Assembly (NCBI RefSeq): GCF_009914755.1
Contig: NC_060928.1
Direction: 5' to 3' (one strand)
Length of the DNA: 64,000 nucleotides
Origin: the human T2T-CHM13v2.0 reference genome, Homo sapiens
The position numbers and the translations under genes were made by a program. Below the pieces are notes generated by a model, which saw only the letters and a list, made by a program, of their open reading frames with translations, was not told where the DNA came from and searched no databases. This document shows, piece after piece, positions 1-11,778 of the stretch (position 1 is the stretch's first letter; each line of letters starts with the position of its first letter).

Positions 1-1749
1 AATAATGACAGTAATAACAGTCATCACCACACATCAGTAATAGCCATGACAGCATTTAATATTTACTGATCCTCACTGTGTAACAAGTACTATTTAAGTG
101 CATCAGTGATCATTGTCTCTTTTAGCGCTCATGACAACCCTATTAGATGAGGATGCTGGTGAAATTATCACTACAATATAAGTTTGACTTTACCAACTGC
201 TTACTATGAACTATACCCAGTTACCAATTTCTTTATATATGTTGTTTCATTTTACAGATAAAGAACCTAAGGCCTCTTAGAATTTCATTCCCACTGCTAA
301 GAAGTGGAGAAATCAGGCAGTCTAATTCCAAAGTCCTTCCTCTTACCCACTTTATGTGCCATAGTGGGGCAGCCTGCTCTTTGCTGAGCTGGCCTAATTG
401 TTAGATTTTAGGGTATTCAGAGCAGTGATTACCCCTAAATAATACTATGGTATTTGAGAGATATCACATGTGATTTGTTACTAATAAAATACCAATTTTG
501 CAAATGATATGCTCTATAAATTACAGTTTTGATCCCCATAATGATGTCATTCACACTCATATGAGTTCTGATAGGCTCACTAAATGGAAGAGAATGGAGT
601 GTAATTATGCATAATGCATTTTTGCTCATAGGGCTTTAGGCCACTATCGTTTGAACATTAATATATTATGCCTAGCATTTGAACTTCTCTGTCATCTGTG
701 GTCTTCTGATCAGGAGAAAAGCTTGCAACATTTTGGGTACTTATTCATAAATACAGTTGCCTCCCAGTTCAGTTTTCTTTAGAAATTGGCCTGTGAAGCC
801 ATCCAATTTGTTCCCTTGAACCAGTGTCTAGAGCACTATAACCAATATTCAAGTTAGAAGAAGGGTTGAAGCCATTTTATGACAGTGTTTACCTGAGTAT
901 AGCAAGTGTTCTGATGGAAGACAAGAAGTTTTAGACAGTATAATGATAATTCACTGAATTAATGGTTTTGGATTTCTTTGTATATGAGGACAAACATAAT
1001 AGGCATATTGAATATATGAATTCATGGATATCATTGGCTAGGACAAGGCAGATGGTGTTTGTAGAAAAAATCATTAGGCAGTGAAATGAAAATTATTTCC
1101 TTGATTCTCTTGTCTCAACCTTCCAGGGGCATAAATAGACTCTAGGTTTTGGCATAACTGCTCTCCATAGATCATTCAGGTTTGGGCTGCCTGCATCTCA
1201 GCCTTCTTTAGTGAAAATGAGACCTTTCTTGGACTAGTTCTTGCTACACCTCATTTTCCAAGTGCAAAGGCATCAATCATCTCTCTAATCAACTGTAGGT
1301 TTTTGTTTCTCAGCTGGAAGTGTCTTTCTCTTATCTAAAATGGAGCCCTGTCCCCCTCCCAGCTAAAAAGCTTCACATCATGTCACAGGCTCCTGTCATA
1401 GCATGATGCATTCTCTGTCCAAACCCAAGGGATGCTCCTGTCTTATTCCACTGTGCTTTCATTTAAAAAATAAAAATAAAGCACATTTTTAAAAAAATGC
1501 ACCACTCCTGAAACAGTGTCTTCTAAATGTAACTTAAACACAACAGGCCAGTGGTTTATTTATAAATGCTGGAAACCTTTCATAATTTGCAATTATGTGC
1601 AAAACTCCATTATATGAAACATAGAAGATGAGATGAGTGAGAATCTGGATGGCCAGTAAATGTTTAGACAGATATTTAATCTTATTTTGTGTTACTGAGA
1701 AAATATAACTTAAACAAAGATAGCACTTTTCATCCATCAGATGGTTAAA

Positions 1750-2150
1750 AACTCTTACAGTACAAGTATTGGGATGTGTGGAGAAATGGGAACACATGTG
1801 CATGCCTTGTGGCTTATAAATTAGTATAGCTATTTGGAAAAGCAATCTGGCAGCATCTAGCAAAATTAAAAATACAAATGCCTTACCACCCATTATACCT
1901 ATTGGTTTATATACATGGATATACATGTGAGAATGTCTATTACAGTATTGTTGGTAATCAGATGTTGGTAAAACATCTGATGTTTTGCTGTTACTTAAAA
2001 TTAACTAGGGCAATAGATAAATTGTGGTCTATTTATACAAGGGAGTATTATATAAGTTTAAAAGAAGATAACTAGATCTAAAATAAATACAGATCTCAAA
2101 AACTTGATATCAGCTGAAGAAAATAAGTTGTTCAATGTGCCACACATTAC
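1750..2150 (+). mobile_element. Ancient L1ME-like 3' fragment
   Basis: gatgtgtggagaaatgggaacac, ttggaaaagcaatctggcagcatcta, ataaattgtggtctattt. A similar relic lies at ~18020-18520. Confidence 0.55.
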
Positions 2151-4018
2151 AACACTTAAACGTAAGCAAAATCACTTGACAAGTGTGATGAATGAATAAG
2201 CACTACTCTTATCCACTTAGATAATTCTAACATAGATTTTCCTAACTCCTGGCAACTTACCTAAATTGTATGCATCCTTAAGACACAGTTCAGATTCTAC
2301 CTCCTCCAGGATACCTCCTGGCCACAGTGATTCTTTTTATCCTCTGAGCCACTTAATAATGAACACTTTCTATGCTCTGGACTCATTTATTTGATTCTGT
2401 TCTTGTGGGAATTAGCAGTTTCCCCATATAGGATGCTTAGTGTTATTCTTAGTGCATAGTAAGTCCTCATTGACTATTAGTGGCTATTATAATTTCAAAT
2501 GTGTTTCTCCATTTGTATAGCATGGTACTCTGCCATAGTAGATATACAAAAGATGTTCACTTTTGACTATGAAAATGACGACCACATATTTCTATTAATG
2601 ACCTGTTTTCCCAACTCACCTCCAGAGGTGGGGCTCCTGACACATTAATTACAGGATATCCTAACTTGCCAGTGAAAGCTGTGGGAATTCAGGACTTAGA
2701 CATTCTCTAGTTCCACAAACTGAGTGCTGAGTGCTGCTCTCTGGGGGCCCCGGATATGCACTAACCCCGACTCTAAGCTAAGTTGTTTCTAGATTCCCCG
2801 ATGCTATAGCTAGGGCTCTAGCAAGATTTCCAAACCCTGTAGCCCACTAGCCCACTGTCACTGAGAGACAATTTAAGCCTTTTAGAAACCAAATGTTAAT
2901 CCTGAGACTTTTTTCCTAAGACCTCGAAGACCAGGAGAACTTCCCCATTTTAGCAATATCCAAAGATGCACTTTTAGAGAAAAATGTTCTAAGGAAGAAC
3001 AAGCAGGGTAGATAGAGATGGGGAGAGTGTAGAGAGCAAGGGTAACATTTCTCAGCAGAACACTTCATGCCCACTGGGTGCAGAGACTTTAAGTCATCTC
3101 ATTTATCACAACACTCACAAGAGGGCAATGGAGCATCATCTCGCCTTCACACGTTAGGAAACTGAGGCCTTGAGATTAATTAATGGGTCCACCACTGCAC
3201 AGATAATTAGTGTTAGAATAAGGAATTAACTCCAGGTCTTCCTGGATTTAAAAATCTGTGTTTGTGGCATAAGTTAAATGTATTTGTTTCAATTAGATTC
3301 ATTTCCATTGTATTATTTTATTAAGTTAAAATGTATGTTTCACATCCTTCTATGTCTAGGCACTTAGTTAATAATTTTGGGAGTTGAAAGAAGTGGTTGA
3401 CTTGGGAAGGTGTGGATAAAGCTGATGGCTGCTCTGTACTATGGCCTCCACACTCACAGGGTCTCAAGTTGCTATGACTGGAAAACAAACACTATCAACA
3501 AAAGAAATTATGGGAAAGAAATAGACTTCAAAATCATCATTTTTCTGTCAATAGAATACTATGACAATCTTGTCAGGCATGAATATAGGAAGAAGATCGA
3601 CGAAAATTAGCACATACATTTTGTTCAGGAAGTTGAAGTCCTTTGTAGGCCATTCTTTGATTTTCCCAGAAAGATCAGTTCTCTTTTGGGGTTTATAGTG
3701 GATGGCTTATTAAAAGCTACTTGCTCTAACATGATTTCTAAGATGTGTATTCTTTGCAGTATCTTTCAACTCACCTTCAGCTGAAGTAAAAACATCCCAA
3801 ATAAGGTCAATTTTCATGTTTTTATTAATAACCCTGAGATGAAGGTGACTCTCTCTCTCAGCTTATTCCTGTTATTTGCTGCAAATACTGACTGAAGTAA
3901 TGTAGCAAACACACCACTGAAACTCTCAAGGGAGGAGACAATACTTAGCAATCATGGAAAACCTGTTCCCAATTACGATGTTCCCTACAAACACATCCCT
4001 TTCAAGTAGTCAAAAAAT

Positions 4019-4119
4019 AGCACACCAACATGGCACATGTATACATATGTAACAAACCTGCACGTTGTGCACATGTACCCTAAAACTTAAAGTATGATAA
4101 TAATAAAATTTAAAAAAAT
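4019..4119 (+). mobile_element. ~100-bp extreme 3' fragment of a young L1PA
   Basis: Near-consensus agcacaccaacatggcacatgtatacatatgtaacaaacctgcacgttgtgcacatgtaccctaaaacttaaagtat plus A-rich tail; TSD aaaaaatagc on both sides. Confidence 0.9.
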
Positions 4120-6507
4120 AGCTGCAAGCTTCAATTACCTATGCTTACAATGCTTATACTTCTCTTTAATATTTGAAATAGGATATAATATGAAATAATA
4201 GCAGCTCTTCTCTAAAAGTACAATCAAAAACAAAGAAAAAAATAAGCTCAAGTGGAAACAAGACTAAAGACAAAAGGAAGAAACTTTTTTATTTCAACAA
4301 TAATTGAACTACATTACTTAAAAGTGAACCCTATCAGGGAGGAAGTCATGCAAATACATCTTTTACTGACATCAATTGGTTAAGAGTCATTTACTTATAA
4401 AGCAGAATACTTCATAAATTATGCTCCCCCAACAGATAAATTACAGGTGCAACATGTTGAGAATATGACATTTGATAAATGAAACTCAATAAGGCCAATG
4501 GGCCTTTTAAGTCTCTTATAAATTCAATATTTACTGAAATAGAATGACTAAAGCCCTGTATTGCGAGGGTGATACATAGGTATATGCTGAAACTTACCCT
4601 GAGTCTTCTTACTAATGGCATATTAACTATCCTAATTTTAAGGAGCTATGACAGATTGAGGAAGTAACATAGTATAAAACAAAAGACAATTGAGAACTAT
4701 GGTGTCACATTACTACTTTGTGTAGTCATCATCCTAGAGTTCCTGTTAAGGAAAAATAATAGTACAATGGTATTTTTGTTTTAATTTACTTTATAGAGGC
4801 ATTAAATTTCCCTATACAATTATTTTTTGTTCAAATATGACATTTTAAAATCCAGTCAAATTTATTATTGTATTTTTAAGGTCCAATCCTAATAGTCTAT
4901 TAATCAAATATAAGTTTGATTAATAGGAAGTCTGAAAGTTCCTACTAAAAATGCTTTCTGCAAATGCACTGGGACAAGACAGCTCTTAGCATTCCATGGA
5001 GAGTCCAAAACTGAAAACTGAATTCTGATAAAGTATTCTCCCTTTCTTAAAAAAAAAAACCTGCAAATTATTAAGCCACCTTTGTGGTACAACTTGTGCC
5101 ATAGGTGATCAAGGTAGAATTTTGCAATACACATACATTTCAAAACTCAAGGAAAGGATAGACATACCAGGTTTATAGTCTTGTCATAATGTCATTAAAA
5201 TCAATTACGGATTTAAATTAAAATTGGTTTAAATAAAGTAGACTTTAGTCAAGTGGTTCTCAATCATGGTTCCCCCCTAGAAACTAGTATGTGGTGGGAC
5301 TTTGCCTTTAACAACAAAAAAAAAAAGTTTTCTAGATTTCTGATGGGCCGTGAGGGTTAAGAATCACTGTTTTGGTCTTAATGATACAGGCAACCACTAA
5401 GAGATCCTTAGAGAGTCAGATCACCCAGACACCTTGTGTTTAATTTTCTAATCTGAAGAGGCATTTATGCCATTTCATCAAACAGATGGTACCCGAAAGC
5501 CCCATCAGGAGTGTGCAGCTGAAAGTAATACTGGATAAGTAGAAAAAAAAGGAAGTCTGAATTTTTTGACAATTGTACAAAGGGTGGATTCAGGTGGTGA
5601 GCTGAAATGGTTTCTATTGTTTTTGAATTAGGATAATATTTGCCTATTTGTTTTTGAATTAGAATAATAAGACTCTTACTTTCATATTCTGCAGCTTGTG
5701 CTTATCAATATGTCACAATCAAGTGATAACTTCATATGCTTAATTTAAAATGCTTATGTATGCACAATACCACCAAATACATAGGACCCGAAAGTTTTAG
5801 AAACCCATGTCATTCACGTATTCCTTTATTGTATATTTATTGAGAAAAAATATATACTATGTTCACTGGGTACTGTTCTAGGTACTGGAAATATAGTAGT
5901 GAACAAAGAGAAACGAAAATCTCTACCTTCAGAGAGCTGCTTCTTGTGAGGGGATTTCTGAATAAGAGCCAAATGGAGCTTTATTTATTTACTTTCATTT
6001 ATATACCTTTGCTCATCGTAAATAATTTGAAACTGCTACAGAGATAAGCACAATACAATAGAAAATACTTAATATAGATAAGGACAAAATAAAACTAAAT
6101 AAAGAGTGATATGATAACCTTGGCGAACTTTATTTTTCCCTTGAGTTTTTATGATGAAGAAACCTTGGTGAATTTTTAAGAAATCCAGAGAAAATATCCT
6201 GGAAGGTGATTGGAGTAATTCAAAGGTAAAATAAACTGCAATTGATGTTAAATAAAATTAAAAGTTGCAGTAAATTCAAAAACATACAAATCAAATTCCT
6301 TTAAAACACTGATTTTTAAAAATCCAGAGTTGTTCCCCAGAATGTCTGTAAAGTTCTTAAAAAATTAAATCCTGGGACCCACCTCAGATCTTCTCAATTA
6401 TAATCCATGTGAGGTCTAAACATATGTATTGCGTTTTAGTATAGGACATGTTGTTTTATTATAAAATTGAACCCAAGATGATGATAACTTAAACTACATC
6501 TTGATAC

Positions 6508-6680
6508 ATTTTTAAAAATAGATTTAAGGGGTACAGGTGCATCTTTGTTACATGGACATACTGCATAGTGCTGAAGTCTGGGCTTTCAGTGTAAACGTCA
6601 CCTGAATAGTGTACATTATACCCAACAGGTAGTTTCTCATCCCTCCCTCCCTTCTCATCCTTCCACCTTTTAACACACCA
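6508..6680 (-). mobile_element. L1MA/L1PB 3'-end fragment
   Basis: Reverse complement matches the L1MA-type end ...agcccagacttcagcactatgcagtatgtccatgtaacaaagatgcacctgtaccccttaaatctat. Confidence 0.8.
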
Positions 6681-7339
6681 ATCAAACATATGTATTTTTT
6701 AAATTTCCAGAGGTGGTTCTGATGTTCATTTAAAAACCACTGTCTGAAGGGTGGGACTTGCTAGATGGCAGAGTGAGGAGCTGGGAAAATCTGCTTCCTC
6801 TCAAAAAACTCAACTGTAAAATATTGTCAGAATCCAGAATTTTGGGACCCCAGTAATCAATCAGCATTAAGCAGTAACTTGAGAAATGTTTATTCATGAA
6901 CCACTCACTGTTGTATGTGCGGTAGGAAATTTATAAGAGTTATATGTATAAAAATATCTATAAGAAATTTCTAAGGTGACTTCTTTATCTTAAATTCTAC
7001 GATTATTTCTAGATATGCATTAGCATCAAAAATGTTTATAAAAAACCTATTCAGGGATTGTGATGCTTCCATAATTAACACAGCATTTGCAAACACTTGC
7101 ACATTTTTAAAGTGCTATTTAAAGAGCTGATTTACTTAAATAGGGAAGATACTGCATTTGAAACCTTATTTACAAGAGCTGCCAGGACACTTCATTTTAA
7201 TATATGCTATTGTAGTCCAACCTTATGTCATAAAATATTCACAAACATAAAACTACAAGGATCATAATTAGCTAGATTATACTGCACATGGAAAATCAGA
7301 GTATTAACATTACAGCCCTTGATTTTTTAATTTTTTTAA

Positions 7340-7620
7340 CCAACATTATTTAGTGATTACCATGTGCCAAACATTGTTAATTCCTGTACATGTATCATTT
7401 CATTTAATCCCCGAGACACTCCTAAAATGGAGCTACTATTATCATGTCTGTTTTAAAAGATGAGGAAACTGAGAGGTACAAGAGGTTGAGTAACTTGCCC
7501 TAAGGCACTAAGAGGCAGTGAGAGACTAACTTGCCTATGGGTAATGTATGGCATATAGCCTGGATTCAAATTAGCTGGCTCCCAAACCTCATGTTCATAT
7601 CTACTCTGCTGTGTTGCCAG
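7340..7620 (-). mobile_element. MIR
   Basis: catgtgcca..catttaatcc..gatgaggaaactgag..aagtaacttgccc..ggattcaaa core. Other MIR-like remnants near 60-350, 3090-3260, 10120-10670, 18620-18740, 59590-59790 and 61520-61670. Confidence 0.7.
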
Positions 7621-9390
7621 AGCTTGTAAACCTATGAGCCTGTATTGTAAGGCAAAATACCCAGAGGGAAATGAAGGCAGTTATTAAAGAAAAGAACTCA
7701 TCTTATTTTCTTTAAATACATGCATACATACACACAAATACAGGCCAACACTCACACTCTGGCACGGTCCTCATATACGGACAAAACCAAAAGAAGAAGA
7801 AGATCACCAGAATACTAGGGATTTGAAGTTAAGCCTTTAGTGTTTTAGATTAAATTTCTAGTGCCTTACCTTAAAAACACAAAAATGAATCATCACAAAT
7901 GCTATATCATGAGCAAATGTATTGCATATATAATGTCCATCATAGGCAATACCAAAATATATTGTTCTATAGTATAACATGTCCAGTAAATATATTGCCT
8001 TTATTTACCTGTTTGAATTATTTTATGTCTAATTTAAGGGTCCCCTCTTCATTCTTAAATAAACAGGCACACCAATTTCATCTTCCAGAAGATTTGTTAC
8101 CTAAATCAGTTTAGTCCCATGGTGTACCTGACCTATAATATCATGCATTCCTGCATTTCTCACCAAGCACCTTTGTTCCATCTATAGTGACATTTCTGTT
8201 CTTTTTCTGCAGATTTGAAGATTTCATACTTGAATTTGGTATTTTACCATTAGTGCTGAGATATTATTTTTTGAAAGAAGTTTTTATATCAACCAAACAT
8301 GTTGTATATGGCTGAGATGTTCATGTCAGGCCTCTAAGACATCCTCACACATTTATCAAAAAATTATGATAGAGCTCCACGGAAGAATGAAAATGCCAAG
8401 AGACATGAAATGGGATGAAATACAGAACTTCAGAAACCTCTCGTTAGTGAGAAAACACAGAGGCATAGAACAAACACAAGCAAACATCAATGTCACCAAT
8501 GAAAGACTGCAGCAGTTAAAAGAAAACTGATAGCTAATGGCAGGCTAGATAAGAAGCAGCCTTCTCCAGTGAATCATATGACATTCCTTTCTGGGAACCC
8601 AGAGCCTGTCCCATGCTTCCTAGTGTGCTTCTGAGCTAGGCTTTGCAGCAAAGAGACAATTTCGCTTAACTTTTTAATTAACGTGTGTCCTTGCTGATAG
8701 ACACTGTGAATGAAGCACTTTTTCCTTCCCATTACGGCTTACAGTTTAGATTTAATTACTGTGGAAATGAATCAAGAAACATGACTTCGGGCACAGCATT
8801 TTAAATGTCGGCAGAGTAACCATATTAATTCTCTATTTTAAAGTATCAGTGTCATCCCATCTTCATGATGAGTGATGTGAAAATAACTTTAGAAAGGAGG
8901 TTACTGACCCAGAGATTCTGTGGGCCATGGGAATATCACCTATTAGTTGTAATTTGGAAAGCTTTTGTTTGGATAATGAGTTAGTTTTATTTTGCAAGTA
9001 CTCATAAATACTTATGCATCATGAAAACTTGCTCTTACAGTGTTATATATGAGATTTTCGGGGCCCCTTAACTTGAGCCAATGAGCTAATAAAATATATA
9101 ATATCATATATAATAATGCATGTCATCAAATGTGTACACAGCCACGTTTTCTAAAAGTGAAAAGTTTAGAAAAGTAGCCTAAAATGAGTAGGGGAAATAT
9201 AGATAGAGATGAAATCATTACACAGGTGGAGAAAATTATCTATCTCTGATGTCATAAGCTATAAGCCATGAAAATGCAGTAAAGTTCTAAAATATTTAGT
9301 CCTCCAATAAAATATGTATTTTGAAAAAAAAAATAAAAACAACTCAAAATGACCTTAAAAGAAAAAAAACTTGAAAAACATGTGAGATAC

Positions 9391-9545
9391 CTTCTCATGC
9401 AATCCAGCGCTCGGATAAAGAAGTCCTTGTGTAACTGGTGCTCATCTCTCAAGATTGAGCATTGTTCAAGTGTCACTGACATCGATGTCCTGTCTTTGGC
9501 ACTTTTACAACAGGTGAAACGAATACCATTCAGTTTGCGGCAAAT
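9391..9545 (-). CDS. INPP4B: INPP4B catalytic exon (155 nt): [51 protein letters not shown](R)
   Basis: Acceptor gttacag|ATT, donor AAG|gtatct; encodes the CX5R P-loop CKSAKDRT (9486-9509) diagnostic of the INPP4 / SopB-IpgD phosphatase family. Confidence 0.98.
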
Positions 9546-10204
9546 CTGTAACATATGTAAGAACGAACGTTTCTTGTTCATTTGTAATACCGTAAAGTGT
9601 CGGCCTCCTCCAAACACTTCTAGTCTAAACACATCAAATATAAATTTGGGTTTCTGTTAGTTTATGATAGTCAATTTGTTCAATCGGTCTCATCAAATGT
9701 AAAAGCATTACCTTTTCATTTCAAAAGCCAACGCAATGGACCCAATTTATTTCTTTGTGCATGAGGCATGGAACTGTTGAAGCCATATAAGATGTAAACT
9801 ATCCAGCAGAGGACGCAGCACACTACCCAAGGGGGGTGCCTGGTCTGCAGTGTAGGACAATGCTAAACTAATCCCAGCTCAGAAATAACACCATCATTGT
9901 AAAGAGGAAAAAACAAACAAACAAACAACCAAAAAACTATATTCCCTGGATCAAACAATTGATTCAAATCGTATATAGCTAATATTCTCTTATTTTTCAT
10001 TTAAGAAACATTTGCTAGTCTTGGCTTTATGTTATGAGATTTTAAACATCCTCATGGTGCCTCACAACAGACAAGGGAACTACTCATCAATACTAAAAAG
10101 GAGAACAATAGAAATGGCCACTGTTTATTGCAAATTGACTGTGCTCTAGGGTACAACACTAAGAAATTTCATATACATTTGCTCTTTTTAATAAACTTCA
10201 CAGG

Positions 10205-10475
10205 GGCCGGGCACAGCGGCTCATGCCTGTAATCCTAACACTTTGGGAGGCCAAGGCAGGAGGATCATTTGAGCTCAAGAGTTTGAGACTAGCCTGGGAA
10301 ACATAACAAAGCCTCCTCTCTATTTAAATAAATAAATTAGCTAGGCATGGTGATGCATGCTTGTAGTCCCAGCTACTAGGGAGTCTGAGGTGGGAGGATT
10401 ACTTGAGCCTGTGATCATGCCACTGCACTGCAGCCTGGGCAACAGAGTGACACCCTGTCTCAAAAAAAAAAAAAA
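10205..10475 (+). mobile_element. AluJ-type with internal deletion, inserted in a MIR
   Basis: ggccgggcacagcggctcatgcctgtaatcc...gtctc(A)14; AluJ-type ggaggatc..ttgagc motifs; degenerate TSD aataaactt(ca/tg)ca. Confidence 0.93.
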
Positions 10476-11391
10476 CCTCCCAAATTAACAATAAAAGTAA
10501 ATAAATAAACTTTGCAGAACTCTAGAGGAAGGTATAATTGTTTTCATTTTACGGATGAGGATACTGAGGTTTAGATGGGTTAAGTAACTTGCACATAACA
10601 GAGCAGAACCAGGATTCAAACAGAACTCTACTTAAGTTCAAGAATCAAGTCTCTTAATTTCTGTTATGTTCTGTTTTCCTCTATGGTTCTTTCTTTTTGT
10701 TATTCTGATTTAAGTCAGAGAAAAATCACTGAGCATCAATACTCTCTTGTCTCATTGCCTTATGAGTAATAGGGGAATCATTCCATTCCTTTGTCTTCTA
10801 TCCCATGGTAGGGTTCTAACATGAGATAACAATAATCAACTTCGGCATTACAATGCTAATCAGTGTGCATTTAAAATAGATCTAATGTGATATAACAAAG
10901 GTCTTCTTTATTATCTGTCATCAAGCAGTCTTTAAAAGTTGTCCGCTTTTAAAAGAAGGTAAAATAATATAGCTAATCTAGAATTTATTACCATGTTTTA
11001 ATTGTGATTCTTAAACTTGAATTTATACATCACTATTAATTCAGACCTTTGGTACTTCTATTTCCAATATAAGTGACTAGAAAAATGTGAGAGCATGATG
11101 TCTCCATACAATCTTTTTACATCTAAAAAATTCTAATCCTTTCAAATAAATAGTATTTCATTTTTAAAAATTCTTAACTATATTTATAATAATAAAATAG
11201 ACCATAATGGCTATTTATGAGATATGATTTTCAAATTGAATTAATATTCCTTAAAATTTATTGTTACTATCATATGCACTTGTCCTACTTAGAATATTTA
11301 ATGTTCTAAATTTAAAGTCTAGTGGAGGTAAGGGCACTTCCATCAGAGTACACAGGTTAGGCCTTGATTTCTACAATACCTGAACTATTGA

Positions 11392-11778
<387 letters not shown>

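Noticed and set aside
9349-9660. Plus-strand 103-aa ORF (likewise 49267..49566 and 35541..35792)
   Set aside because: Antisense shadows of real INPP4B exons with no recognisable domain.
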